Shown one piece after another: positions 39,297 to 53,607 of a DNA stretch of 64,000 bases. Every line of letters begins with the position of its first letter. The stretch's first letter is position 1. Source of the stretch: Methylococcaceae bacterium (GTDB lineage Bacteria; Pseudomonadota; Gammaproteobacteria; Methylococcales; Methylococcaceae). The translations under genes and the position numbers were made by a program. The stretch is from the NCBI GenBank assembly GCA_035518875.1, contig DATIXD010000089.1, positions 726 to 64,725 of the forward strand, written 5' to 3'. The notes beneath the pieces are model-generated. The model was not told where the DNA came from. It worked only from the letters and a program-made list of their open reading frames with translations, and made no database searches.

Positions 39297-42200
39297 TCAA
39301 GCCGCATGTTGTCCCAACAAGTAGTCCAACCACAACGCCGACAGCTTCTCCTGCACGGAATTCTGCCGCAGGCGCGCGTGGAGGTTGGGAAAGTCCACCC
39401 GATCCAGCTCCTGATCCTGGTTGTTGCAGGAATAGACAAAGGACTCCTTGCCGGTTCCGGGATCGATGTGCTTGCACAGACACTGGGCGCAGACGCCCTT
39501 CATCATGCACTGCATCGGCGAGTTGATCGAGCCGATGGCCTCATGGTGCGCCTTGAGGTAAGGCTTAAGCACACCGTAGCGGGCTTCCTTCACCGCCGCC
39601 ATCATGCGGTCGGAGCCGATCACGATCATGTGATCGACATCATCCAGATGAATCGGCGTATCGCCCAGCTCGCCCCTGGCATAGGCCAGCATGGCCTCCA
39701 CCATGTTGCCGACGAAGGTCTTGTCCTGCGGACGGGTGGGCTCAATCGCCGTGTTGCCGGGACGTTTGTCCACCGCCCAGACGATGAGGTCCGATGCGGC
39801 TTCGATTTCTTCCGTCTTGAACACGTCCTCGCGGTTGCGGTAGCCGGCGAAATAAATCACCTGGTTGCCGGCGGTGCGCAACACCTTGCCGATGGAGAAC
39901 AATACGGCATTGCCCAAGCCTCCGCCGAGCAGAAGCACGGTCTGGCCGGAGGGTATATGGGTCGGTGTACCGGTCACCCCCATCACCACGATGGGATCGC
40001 CCGGCTTCCAGGTTGCACACAGACGGGAGGAACTGCCCATCTCCAGAGCAATGAGGGAAATCAGTCCGTGCTGTTTGTCCACCCAGGCGCCGGTCAGGGC
40101 CAAACCTTCCGTTGATAGCACGGTACCGTCCACCACCGGTGCAACCGCCTCGAAGTTCTGCACTCGGTAGAATTGTCCCGGGCAGAAGTGCTTAGCTGCC
40201 AGCGGCGCCTTGACAACGACTTCGATGATGGTGGGCGTGAGCCGCCGAATTTCGATTATCCGCGCCAGCAAGGCGTGATCCAGCCGGGACTGGAACTCGG
40301 CCAAATCCCGTTCTCTCTCGACCTGCCGCGATGGATCGAGGGCGGCCAGTTCCCCGGCGAATAGTTTGAGGATATACGGATAACCGTCCTTGGCGCTGGC
40401 CATGGCCTTTACCACATTACCGGCGTAAACGGGATGGTTGTCGCCGTAGAAAGTGATGTAACGGCCGCCCCCCCGATGATAGGAGGTAAAAGGCGCGGGC
40501 TTGCCGATCTTGGGCCAGGCGGTGTCCGCGACGGGCTTGAGTTGAGGATCGCCATTTGCCCATTCCGGCTCGAAGCGCTGGTAGAACTTCTTGTCCATCT
40601 CGAAGGTGTCCGGATGCTCGGATTCGTAGATGGTATTGGGCGAAGTGCCGGCTGCGATGAATAGGCTGCGCAGAGGCACTTCCAGCTCACCTGACTTGCG
40701 CCAGCGCCCTTCCTGTTCTTCCAGCTTCTCGAACCGCACCGCCCGAAGATGGCCGTATCGATCGTCCAACGCTTCCAGCGGGCTCATGCCTTCCGCCAGC
40801 CAAATGCCTTCGTCGAGAGCCTCGGCGATTTCCTCGTGATTCTGCCGGTAGGCGGGAGAATCCTTGATGCCTTTCCGATAGAACAGCGTCACGCCGCCCC
40901 ATTTCTCCAATAAAGGATAAAAATGCGGTTTTTCGCCGGCGGCCTCGGCACGTTTGCGTTCCGCCGCAATCGCCCGGCCGTGCGCCAGGAACTCTTCCAG
41001 AATCCGGATTTCCTCCCCGTCGTAGCGGGCGCGGACGTTGGCCTCGCCATGAATCGCCGCGAGTTTCTCGTAACGGTTGAGGATCTTTTCCACCTGCATC
41101 GGATAATAGGCCAGCAGTTCCGTTGCCGTGTCGATGGCCGTCAACCCGCCGCCGATCACCCCCGCCGGTAGTCGGACCTGGAGATTGGCCAGCGACGATT
41201 CCTTGGCCGCGCCGGTCAGCTGCAAGGCCATGAGAAAATCCGAAGCCTTGCGGATACCGCGGGTCAGGTTGTTCTTGAGATCGATGACGGTGGGCTTGCC
41301 CGCACCCGAGGCGATGGCGATATGGTCGAAACCCAGATCCCACGCCTCATTGACGGTCAAGGTACCGCCGAAGCGCACCCCGCCGTAGCAGCGGAAGGCT
41401 TGACGTCTCAGCAGATTCAGGTAGATCACCTTGAGGAAATTCTTGTCCCAGCGAACAGTGATGCCGTATTCGGCCACGCCGCCGAAGCCGAGCATGACGC
41501 GCTTGTCCAGGTCTTCGTAAAGCCCGTTGAAATCGCGGATGGGGCGGGGCGGGACTTGCGCGTCGCCGGTCAGTTCCTTCGGCAGGGGTTCGATTTTCAA
41601 GCCATCGATGCCGACCACGCCGAAACCTTCGTTCAAAAGGTAATGGGACAGAGTGTAACCGGCCGGCCCCATGCCGGCGATCAGCACCTTCTTGCCGTTG
41701 TACGGTAATGCACACGGGCGCTTGACGTTGAGGGGATTCCAACGGGTCAAAAGGCTATAAATCTCGAAACCCCAAGGCATGAACAAGACGGAGGTCAAGA
41801 CGTTAGTCTCGATCTGCGGAATGTCGACCGGCTCGGTCTTCTGGTAGATGCAGCCCTTCATGCAGTCGTTGCAGATGCGATGGCCGGTACCGGGACACAT
41901 GGGGTTGTCGATGGTCACCAGAGCCAGCGCGCCGATGTCATCGCCCTGGCGCTTGAGCACGTGCATCTCGGAAATCTTTTCTTCCAGCGGGCAGCCGGTG
42001 ATGGTGACGCCTAGCGGATTGGTCTTGTAGCTGCCGTCCTTCTTGTTGCGCATACCCTTGGAGCAAGAATCGGTATCGCGGTCGTGGCAATAAATGCAAT
42101 GGTCGACCTCGTACAGGACCCGCCGCTCGCCGAAGCGCGGGTCGGTGAGGCCGAAGCCGTCGCGGCGGCGATGGTGCTCCGGCGCGACCGCCCAGGCCTT

Positions 42201-43010
42201 GTAGCCATTGCGCTCGATCGTCTCGTGTTCCACCAGGTGGTTGAAATCGGTCTTATCCGGCACCTTGAAGCTGACCCAGTCCACCACTTCGGCTTTCAGC
42301 TCCAGGATCTTAGTGGCGGCAAAACTCCAGCGACGCACCAGATCGAGAAGACTTTCGACGAGCCCGGCATCGTCGCGATCGAGCAGATCGGTCAGGGTCG
42401 TGACGTTCTGCAATTGTCCGCGCAAGGCCGAAACCTGTGCATCGGCATCGGCCAAGCTGGTCGATTTGCCTGCGGCAAGCGCCGCATAGTGTTCCGATAG
42501 GCGCCACAAGCCCACGGCCGCCCGGCTGACCGCCTTTTCAAGATCGGCCCGCCGTTCCGCGCTCGGCGTCGTAGCCTCCAGGAGCGCATCGAAGCGGGCG
42601 CGCAGCGATCCGATATCCCAGGCTTCGACCGTTTCGCCCTTGAACCGGGTGGCCAGTTTGCCGACGACCTCATCGCGATAAATGAAGACCTGATGGAATT
42701 CATCCGTGATCGCTTGCATTTGGGTGGTGCGACGGTCGTTCACGTTGAACAGCCGGGCGATGAATTCGCCCACATGGGGCGCCATTTTCACCAGAAGCTC
42801 TGAAATCCGCTCCGGCACCATCCCTTCTCCCTGACAATTGCGATACGCTTCGAACTCTGAGAACAACACCGCGTCCCCTTCGCGCGCCGTCCGGTCGAAA
42901 ACGGCCAGCAAATCACCCAGCCGGGCCGGATCGTGGAGATCGGCGTAATCGAAGCCGGGTATGCCCAGCGCCAGTTCGGCGGTCTCTTGCATTTCGAAAT
43001 TGCCTGTCAT
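39297..43010 (-). CDS. 1237-aa multidomain Fe-S flavoprotein: unknown N-domain + GltD/NfnB-like + PyrK/NfnA-like
   Basis: Cys clusters CIYCHDRDTDSC...GCP and MCPGTGHRICNDCMKGC. FAD dinucleotide motif KKVLIAGMGPAGYTLSHYL. A C-terminal ferredoxin-reductase fold with the [2Fe-2S] pattern CMMKGVCAQC...C. Confidence 0.8.
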   Translation of the reverse strand: MTGNFEMQETAELALGIPGFDYADLHDPARLGDLLAVFDRTAREGDAVLFSEFEAYRNCQGEGMVPERISELLVKMAPHVGEFIARLFNVNDRRTTQMQAITDEFHQVFIYRDEVVGKLATRFKGETVEAWDIGSLRARFDALLEATTPSAERRADLEKAVSRAAVGLWRLSEHYAALAAGKSTSLADADAQVSALRGQLQNVTTLTDLLDRDDAGLVESLLDLVRRWSFAATKILELKAEVVDWVSFKVPDKTDFNHLVEHETIERNGYKAWAVAPEHHRRRDGFGLTDPRFGERRVLYEVDHCIYCHDRDTDSCSKGMRNKKDGSYKTNPLGVTITGCPLEEKISEMHVLKRQGDDIGALALVTIDNPMCPGTGHRICNDCMKGCIYQKTEPVDIPQIETNVLTSVLFMPWGFEIYSLLTRWNPLNVKRPCALPYNGKKVLIAGMGPAGYTLSHYLLNEGFGVVGIDGLKIEPLPKELTGDAQVPPRPIRDFNGLYEDLDKRVMLGFGGVAEYGITVRWDKNFLKVIYLNLLRRQAFRCYGGVRFGGTLTVNEAWDLGFDHIAIASGAGKPTVIDLKNNLTRGIRKASDFLMALQLTGAAKESSLANLQVRLPAGVIGGGLTAIDTATELLAYYPMQVEKILNRYEKLAAIHGEANVRARYDGEEIRILEEFLAHGRAIAAERKRAEAAGEKPHFYPLLEKWGGVTLFYRKGIKDSPAYRQNHEEIAEALDEGIWLAEGMSPLEALDDRYGHLRAVRFEKLEEQEGRWRKSGELEVPLRSLFIAAGTSPNTIYESEHPDTFEMDKKFYQRFEPEWANGDPQLKPVADTAWPKIGKPAPFTSYHRGGGRYITFYGDNHPVYAGNVVKAMASAKDGYPYILKLFAGELAALDPSRQVERERDLAEFQSRLDHALLARIIEIRRLTPTIIEVVVKAPLAAKHFCPGQFYRVQNFEAVAPVVDGTVLSTEGLALTGAWVDKQHGLISLIALEMGSSSRLCATWKPGDPIVVMGVTGTPTHIPSGQTVLLLGGGLGNAVLFSIGKVLRTAGNQVIYFAGYRNREDVFKTEEIEAASDLIVWAVDKRPGNTAIEPTRPQDKTFVGNMVEAMLAYARGELGDTPIHLDDVDHMIVIGSDRMMAAVKEARYGVLKPYLKAHHEAIGSINSPMQCMMKGVCAQCLCKHIDPGTGKESFVYSCNNQDQELDRVDFPNLHARLRQNSVQEKLSALWLDYLLGQHAA

Positions 43011-43213
43011 GAATCCCCTATCTCCTCACTGAAAATTTGAGTTTGATTGTCCGCCCGTAATGGCGCTGCGTATTTTGTTAGTGTATCGATCTTGGCGCGC
43101 TTAATCGAGCCGCGCAAGGGGGAAAGGTCCGGCGGCCCCGTGTCCTTCTTCGAAGTTGCGAATCGCGGATTCGAGCCCTTGTTTCCCCACCACGGTCTGG
43201 TTTACCTTAAACC

Positions 43214-47560
<4,347 letters not shown>

Positions 47561-47570
47561 CGAGCGGGGA

Positions 47571-48326
47571 TCAGGACCTAACTAGGCTATCCGCCTGTTT
47601 TTTCTGAATTTCGAGTTCATACATGAATTTCTGCATGTGCATCTCGAAATTCCGGCTGATTCCGTGGAACGCAAAGCCGAGCCTCAGGCCGGTATGATGA
47701 ACATCCGCTGCAGTTTCCAGCTTGTTGCGCAGTTCCAGGGCGAACTGCTCGGCGCCGAATATAGGCAGATCGAGCCGACAATTCTGAAAGACATGGCCGA
47801 TCTCGATGCTGCGACCGATCCGGTCCGAGCGGTCTATCAGCGCGAGACCACGCAGACTGAGGTTCGATACGCCGAATTCGCCGATCTCCCCGCCTTCTAG
47901 TGGGATCTGGCATTTGACGATCATCGAATAGGGAATGGGCACCCGGTAGAACCGCCGGCGCTGCAGCCAGAACAAGGACTCCGGAATCGGGACCGCGAAA
48001 ACGGATTGACCATTCAGCGTCGCTTCACCGATCTTGCTCACCGAAAACCGCGAGGTGACGCCATTCACCTGAGCAGTGAAACTCACCCCGTCGGCTCCCA
48101 GTAGCCGGTTGTTGAGACTCTTGTTCGCGCTCGGATCCAGCGCCAACAAACCTTTTTCCGGGCAGACCTTGACGATGGTCGTGAGAAACCCGCTGCTTTC
48201 CCCGCTGGCCAACGCGGTCAGAAGGATTTTATGCTTCTCGATCATCCTAAGCTTTTCGAGAATTTCGCCCTTGCCCGTCAAGGTATAGGTATCGAAGAGC
48301 TGTTCTTTCTGATCGGTCTGGGTCAT
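47571..48326 (-). CDS. YcgR-like PilZ-domain c-di-GMP receptor
   Basis: PilZ motifs RRRFYRV (RxxxR) and VSNLSLRGLAL (D/NxSxxG), preceded by a PilZN-like N-domain. Confidence 0.8.
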   Translation of the reverse strand: MTQTDQKEQLFDTYTLTGKGEILEKLRMIEKHKILLTALASGESSGFLTTIVKVCPEKGLLALDPSANKSLNNRLLGADGVSFTAQVNGVTSRFSVSKIGEATLNGQSVFAVPIPESLFWLQRRRFYRVPIPYSMIVKCQIPLEGGEIGEFGVSNLSLRGLALIDRSDRIGRSIEIGHVFQNCRLDLPIFGAEQFALELRNKLETAADVHHTGLRLGFAFHGISRNFEMHMQKFMYELEIQKKQADSLVRS

Positions 48327-48445
48327 TTGCGTGATCTGTTCGTTCTCGGCCGGGAACCCGAATACCCGTCAATAATAGTCGATTTGGCGTCGGTTATTCG
48401 ACGCGAGGCCTGCCTTGGCTACCCGCGCTGGCCTTAGGACACCCC

Positions 48446-49948
48446 TTACGGTTCATCCCCGTTTTCCGAGCGACTTTGTCCAAACCTGCGGCTTTCGTCC
48501 CGAGGCATATCGAAAACCATGTTTTCTGCGCCGTTCAATACCAGGAAGTGCCGGCCCTTGGCGCGCGAGATCATCGTCACGCCGGCCTGTCGCGCCAGCT
48601 CGAGGCCCATCTGGGTCGCGCCGGAACGGGACAGCAGCACCGGGATGCCCATTTGGGTCACCTTGATCACCATCTCCGAGGTCAAACGGCCGGTGGTGTA
48701 AAAAACCTTGTCCGCGCCGTCGATGTCGTTCAGCCACATATAGCCGGCGATGGCGTCGACGGCGTTGTGCCGACCCACGTCTTCGACGAATACCTCGATC
48801 TCCCTGCCCCGGCATAGCGCACAGCCGTGCACCGCCCCGGCGCGCTTGTAGACTTCGTTGTATTCACGCAAGGCATTCAGCAGTTCGTAAATGCCGGATT
48901 GACGGAGCTTGACTTGCGGCACACGGATTTCCCTGAGCTGATCCAGCAAGCGCCCGAAGACGGTGCCCTGCCCGCAGCCGGTGGTGACGGTCCGGTTGCC
49001 CAGTTTCTCCAGGAAACCGTGTTCGGCCTGGCGGGTGACCACCGCCGCGGCTTCGGTTTCCCAATCCACCTGCACGGAGAGGATATCGTCGATGTTCCCG
49101 ATGAACCCCTGGTTGCGCAGATAGCCCAACACCAGCAGTTCCGGATGCGCGCCGATCGTCATGAGCGTCACGATCTCGTACTTGTCCACATAAATCGTTA
49201 GCGCGCGCTCGCCCGCCAGTTCTATCTCGCGGACTTCGCCGTTTTCATCCAGCGCATTGACGCGATGACAGGCGGCCAGACCGGCGTTGCTCATCAGGAT
49301 GGGGTGGCGATGCGGCCGCGCCAGCGCCGCAACTGCTTCATCCGCTGTCGTCATCGGCTTGCCCCTTTCCAGCGCGGCCAGTTCTTCCGGCGTATTGACG
49401 TTAGCGAACAGTTCCGGATGATCGCTATAATCGGCCAGCGCCAGCTTGTGCCGCTTCAGCCACAGATCGATCTTGCGTTGTCCCGTGGCCAAATAGGCCT
49501 CAAGGCTCGGCGCCAAACGCCGCTCGGCGATCAGAAACACCGGATGCAGGCGCTCCCCATCGTGGGCCGCGCAAATCTCGGCGTTTTCCGCCTGCAGGGT
49601 GCGGTATAGCCGCTCCAGCAGTGCGCCGTCGATCAAGGGTGAATCGCAAGGAACCGTCATGACATAAGGCGTATCGGCATGCTGCATGGCGCTGAAGAGA
49701 CCCGCCAACGGACCATCGAAGGCGCCGGTCGCATCGGCAATGACGGGATAGCCGAACACTGCATATTCCTTCTGATTCCGATTGGCGTTGATCAGAATGG
49801 AGCCAACCACCGCTTTCAGTGCATCCAGTGCGTAAGCGGCCAGCGGCCTACCTTTGAACGGCAACAGTCCCTTGTCAGCCCCGCCCATGCGCCTGGCGCG
49901 GCCTCCAGCCAGCACCACGCCGGTAATTTTTGCCCGCTCGGCAATCAT
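48446..49948 (-). CDS. mobA-fdhD: fusion protein: molybdenum cofactor guanylyltransferase MobA (N) + FdhD sulfurtransferase-like (C)
   Basis: The N-terminal part, GVVLAGGRARRMGG-DKGLL...TVPCDSP, is MobA. The C-terminal part, VGRHNAVDAIAG...TTGRLTSEMVIKVTQMGIPVLLSRSGAT...A, is FdhD. Confidence 0.85.
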   Translation of the reverse strand: MIAERAKITGVVLAGGRARRMGGADKGLLPFKGRPLAAYALDALKAVVGSILINANRNQKEYAVFGYPVIADATGAFDGPLAGLFSAMQHADTPYVMTVPCDSPLIDGALLERLYRTLQAENAEICAAHDGERLHPVFLIAERRLAPSLEAYLATGQRKIDLWLKRHKLALADYSDHPELFANVNTPEELAALERGKPMTTADEAVAALARPHRHPILMSNAGLAACHRVNALDENGEVREIELAGERALTIYVDKYEIVTLMTIGAHPELLVLGYLRNQGFIGNIDDILSVQVDWETEAAAVVTRQAEHGFLEKLGNRTVTTGCGQGTVFGRLLDQLREIRVPQVKLRQSGIYELLNALREYNEVYKRAGAVHGCALCRGREIEVFVEDVGRHNAVDAIAGYMWLNDIDGADKVFYTTGRLTSEMVIKVTQMGIPVLLSRSGATQMGLELARQAGVTMISRAKGRHFLVLNGAENMVFDMPRDESRRFGQSRSENGDEP

Positions 49949-50071
49949 GATGTTAACCTAAGAACGATTGCATCAACTCGTTGATTTGCTTATTGGAGAA
50001 GCCTTCTGGCCTGTCCTGATCGCCGGAAAATCGTACCGGGGCAGCGCGCCCGCTCATCGATCCAAAACGCC

Positions 50072-50533
50072 ATGCCTACCATCGGCCTCCTGATTTTCGC
50101 ATTATTGCTCGTTTTCCTGCCAGCGTGCGCCGTGCAAAATGCCGCCGCTCCGCTGCAGTATTATCAGGCCGAAACAACCAAGCCCTACGATGACGTACTG
50201 GCGGAGCTCGAGCTGGCCATCACCGAGCAGAATTTCCGCATCACCGGGCACAATCATATCGGCAGCGTCATCCGAAGCCGGGAAAACATCGACTTCCCGG
50301 ATTATGACACCATCCAATTCTGCAACCTCACCCTGGCTCGGCAGATGCTGGAGATATCGCCCGCCGCCGTGATCCACATGCCCTGCAACATCGCCGTGCG
50401 CTCCGAAGGCGGCCGGGTCATCGTCACCACGCATTTGCTTCCGGTCGATACGACCGATGAAAAACTCAACGCATTCTTCCGCGCCATGAACGACAAGCTG
50501 AAACGGATCGTCGACTTCGCGGTCGAACGATGA
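50072..50533 (+). CDS. DUF302-domain lipoprotein
   Basis: Lipobox FLPAC. A DUF302-like core: YDTIQFCNLTLARQML...IHMPCNIAVR. Confidence 0.6.
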   Translation: MPTIGLLIFALLLVFLPACAVQNAAAPLQYYQAETTKPYDDVLAELELAITEQNFRITGHNHIGSVIRSRENIDFPDYDTIQFCNLTLARQMLEISPAAVIHMPCNIAVRSEGGRVIVTTHLLPVDTTDEKLNAFFRAMNDKLKRIVDFAVER

Positions 50534-50617
50534 CTCTGCGCCGAATTGCGCCGCCCCTCGCCTGTGCTCTATCATCGGCGCACCGGATTTTGGCCAATCT
50601 TAAGAGAAAAAACCCAG

Positions 50618-51049
50618 ATGAAAAATGTCCTAGTACCCAACCAAGCGGGAATGGCCTGCGTGGCGCTCGCCCTGTCCTTGCTGAGCGCTTGCGACCGTAC
50701 CGCAACCCCGCCGCCCGCAGGGGAAGCGGCCAAGGCGGACAATGATTTTCCCACCCTGGCCCGGGTCGAATATGTGATGCAGTGCATGCAGGAACACGGT
50801 GGTCAGAATTACGACAGTCTTTATCACTGTGTCTGCAGTGCGGACAAAATCGCCAGCCAGATGCCGTATGAGGAGTTCGCCCAGGCGCAGACCTTCACCT
50901 ATCTGTTCGACACGCCTGGCGAGCGCGGCGGCGAATTCCGCGACCCGCCGCAGTCTGCACAATTGCGCAACCGGTTGAAGGAGATCAAGGCGCAAGCGGC
51001 GCAAACCTGCTTCCCGAAAACCGTCAAAAACCCCGAGGCCGGAAATTGA
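50618..51049 (+). CDS. Cys-containing lipoprotein of unknown function
   Basis: ORF trimmed to the ATG at 50618 (MKNVLVPNQAGMACVALALSLLSAC lipobox). The mature part has 4 Cys. Confidence 0.55.
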   Translation: MKNVLVPNQAGMACVALALSLLSACDRTATPPPAGEAAKADNDFPTLARVEYVMQCMQEHGGQNYDSLYHCVCSADKIASQMPYEEFAQAQTFTYLFDTPGERGGEFRDPPQSAQLRNRLKEIKAQAAQTCFPKTVKNPEAGN

Positions 51050-51123
51050 GTTCGCGCCGATCCCTGTGACCGGAGCGCCTTTATTCCACCTTTTCTCCTA
51101 AGCTCACGAAAAAGAGGACGACC

Positions 51124-52047
51124 ATGTGGGATTTCAGCCTGTTAGCGGCCACCCGTTCCATCGAAACATCCATGCCTTTCGTGCTCTACCGGCTATTGGT
51201 CTATCTGGGGGTCGGTCTGGCTTATTTGCTCGGCACCCTGGCGGGCGCGGGTACGCTGATCGCCTTCGCCTCCTTCAGCGCCAACCCGATCGCTGTAGCG
51301 AACTTCGGCGGGATATTGAGCTTCATCGGGATAGCGCTCCTGGTTCATCAACTGCGCGGCTTACTATTTTTTGGGGTCAAAGCCGGCAATCTCGCCCTGC
51401 TCGCGGAACAAGCCAGAGGCGTCAAACTGGCCGAAGGCTGGGCGCAGGTCGACTACGCGAAACAGGCCGCCGCGCAAGCATTTCCCTCTCCTGCCCTGTT
51501 CTTCGAAGTGAGCCGCTCGACCGGCCAGGCGCTCCAGGCGCTGCCTTCGACTCATTGGCGCGCACTAGCTGGGCTCAAGCCCCCCGCGCTGGCGCGGGTC
51601 GCGGATTTTCTGGCCGGCTGTCTCGTGCGGTCGGGCGCTCACGCGAGCCTGATCCTGCATTTCCTGAAGAATCGGGAGAACCCCTGGCAGTCCGCCCAGA
51701 CTGCCCTCGTTTTCCAGGCCCGCTATTTTGCGGAGCTGCTGAAGTACCGTCTTTATACGCTGCTGTTCGAATACCTCGGCCTCTTGGCGGCCATTGTCCT
51801 CATGCTGTATCCCATCAACGCGGCTGCTTCGGCGTTGCCGGCAGCCGTAGGTGCTTGGCGTTTCGTCTTCGCTCTCGTTTTCGGTTGGAGTCTGAAGGCC
51901 GCGTTCTTCGAACCCATCGCCACGGCGGCCATGGCCGGTCTTTACCTGAAGCTTGCCGAGCGGGAACCGCCGGCCACCGAGGCGGAAATCGGGACGCTCG
52001 CGGAACAGTCGCCAGCGTTTCGGAGCATTCGCGAGAAGGCGGTTTGA
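51124..52047 (+). CDS. integral membrane protein of unknown function
   Basis: 307 aa with several hydrophobic helices. I prefer it over the overlapping Arg-rich frame 51126..52133. Confidence 0.55.
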   Translation: MWDFSLLAATRSIETSMPFVLYRLLVYLGVGLAYLLGTLAGAGTLIAFASFSANPIAVANFGGILSFIGIALLVHQLRGLLFFGVKAGNLALLAEQARGVKLAEGWAQVDYAKQAAAQAFPSPALFFEVSRSTGQALQALPSTHWRALAGLKPPALARVADFLAGCLVRSGAHASLILHFLKNRENPWQSAQTALVFQARYFAELLKYRLYTLLFEYLGLLAAIVLMLYPINAAASALPAAVGAWRFVFALVFGWSLKAAFFEPIATAAMAGLYLKLAEREPPATEAEIGTLAEQSPAFRSIREKAV

Positions 52048-52120
52048 AACCCGCCGAGGCCGATTTACAGCAAGGGCGGAAAACGCGTAAGATTCAACGA
52101 TTTTCAGTCGGCTGGAATGA

Positions 52121-53587
<1,467 letters not shown>

Positions 53588-53607
53588 CGACCCGCCACAA
53601 ACGCATC

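Noticed and set aside
43084-43112. Imperfect palindrome CTTGGCGCGC-TTAATCGAG-CCGCGCAAGG in the divergent region between the 1237-aa flavoprotein gene and lhr. I also considered the LexA-like CTGCGTATTTTGTTAG nearby.
   Set aside because: The palindrome needs a bulge and matches no operator consensus I know. The LexA-like string lacks the ACAG half-site.
49972-49985. Palindrome ATCAAC-TC-GTTGAT upstream of mobA-fdhD, considered as an FNR/CRP-type site or part of a Moco riboswitch.
   Set aside because: The half-site orientation and spacing are wrong for FNR (TTGAT-N4-ATCAA). I could not find the conserved Moco-riboswitch elements in 49949..50071. A short 6-bp palindrome is weak evidence on its own.
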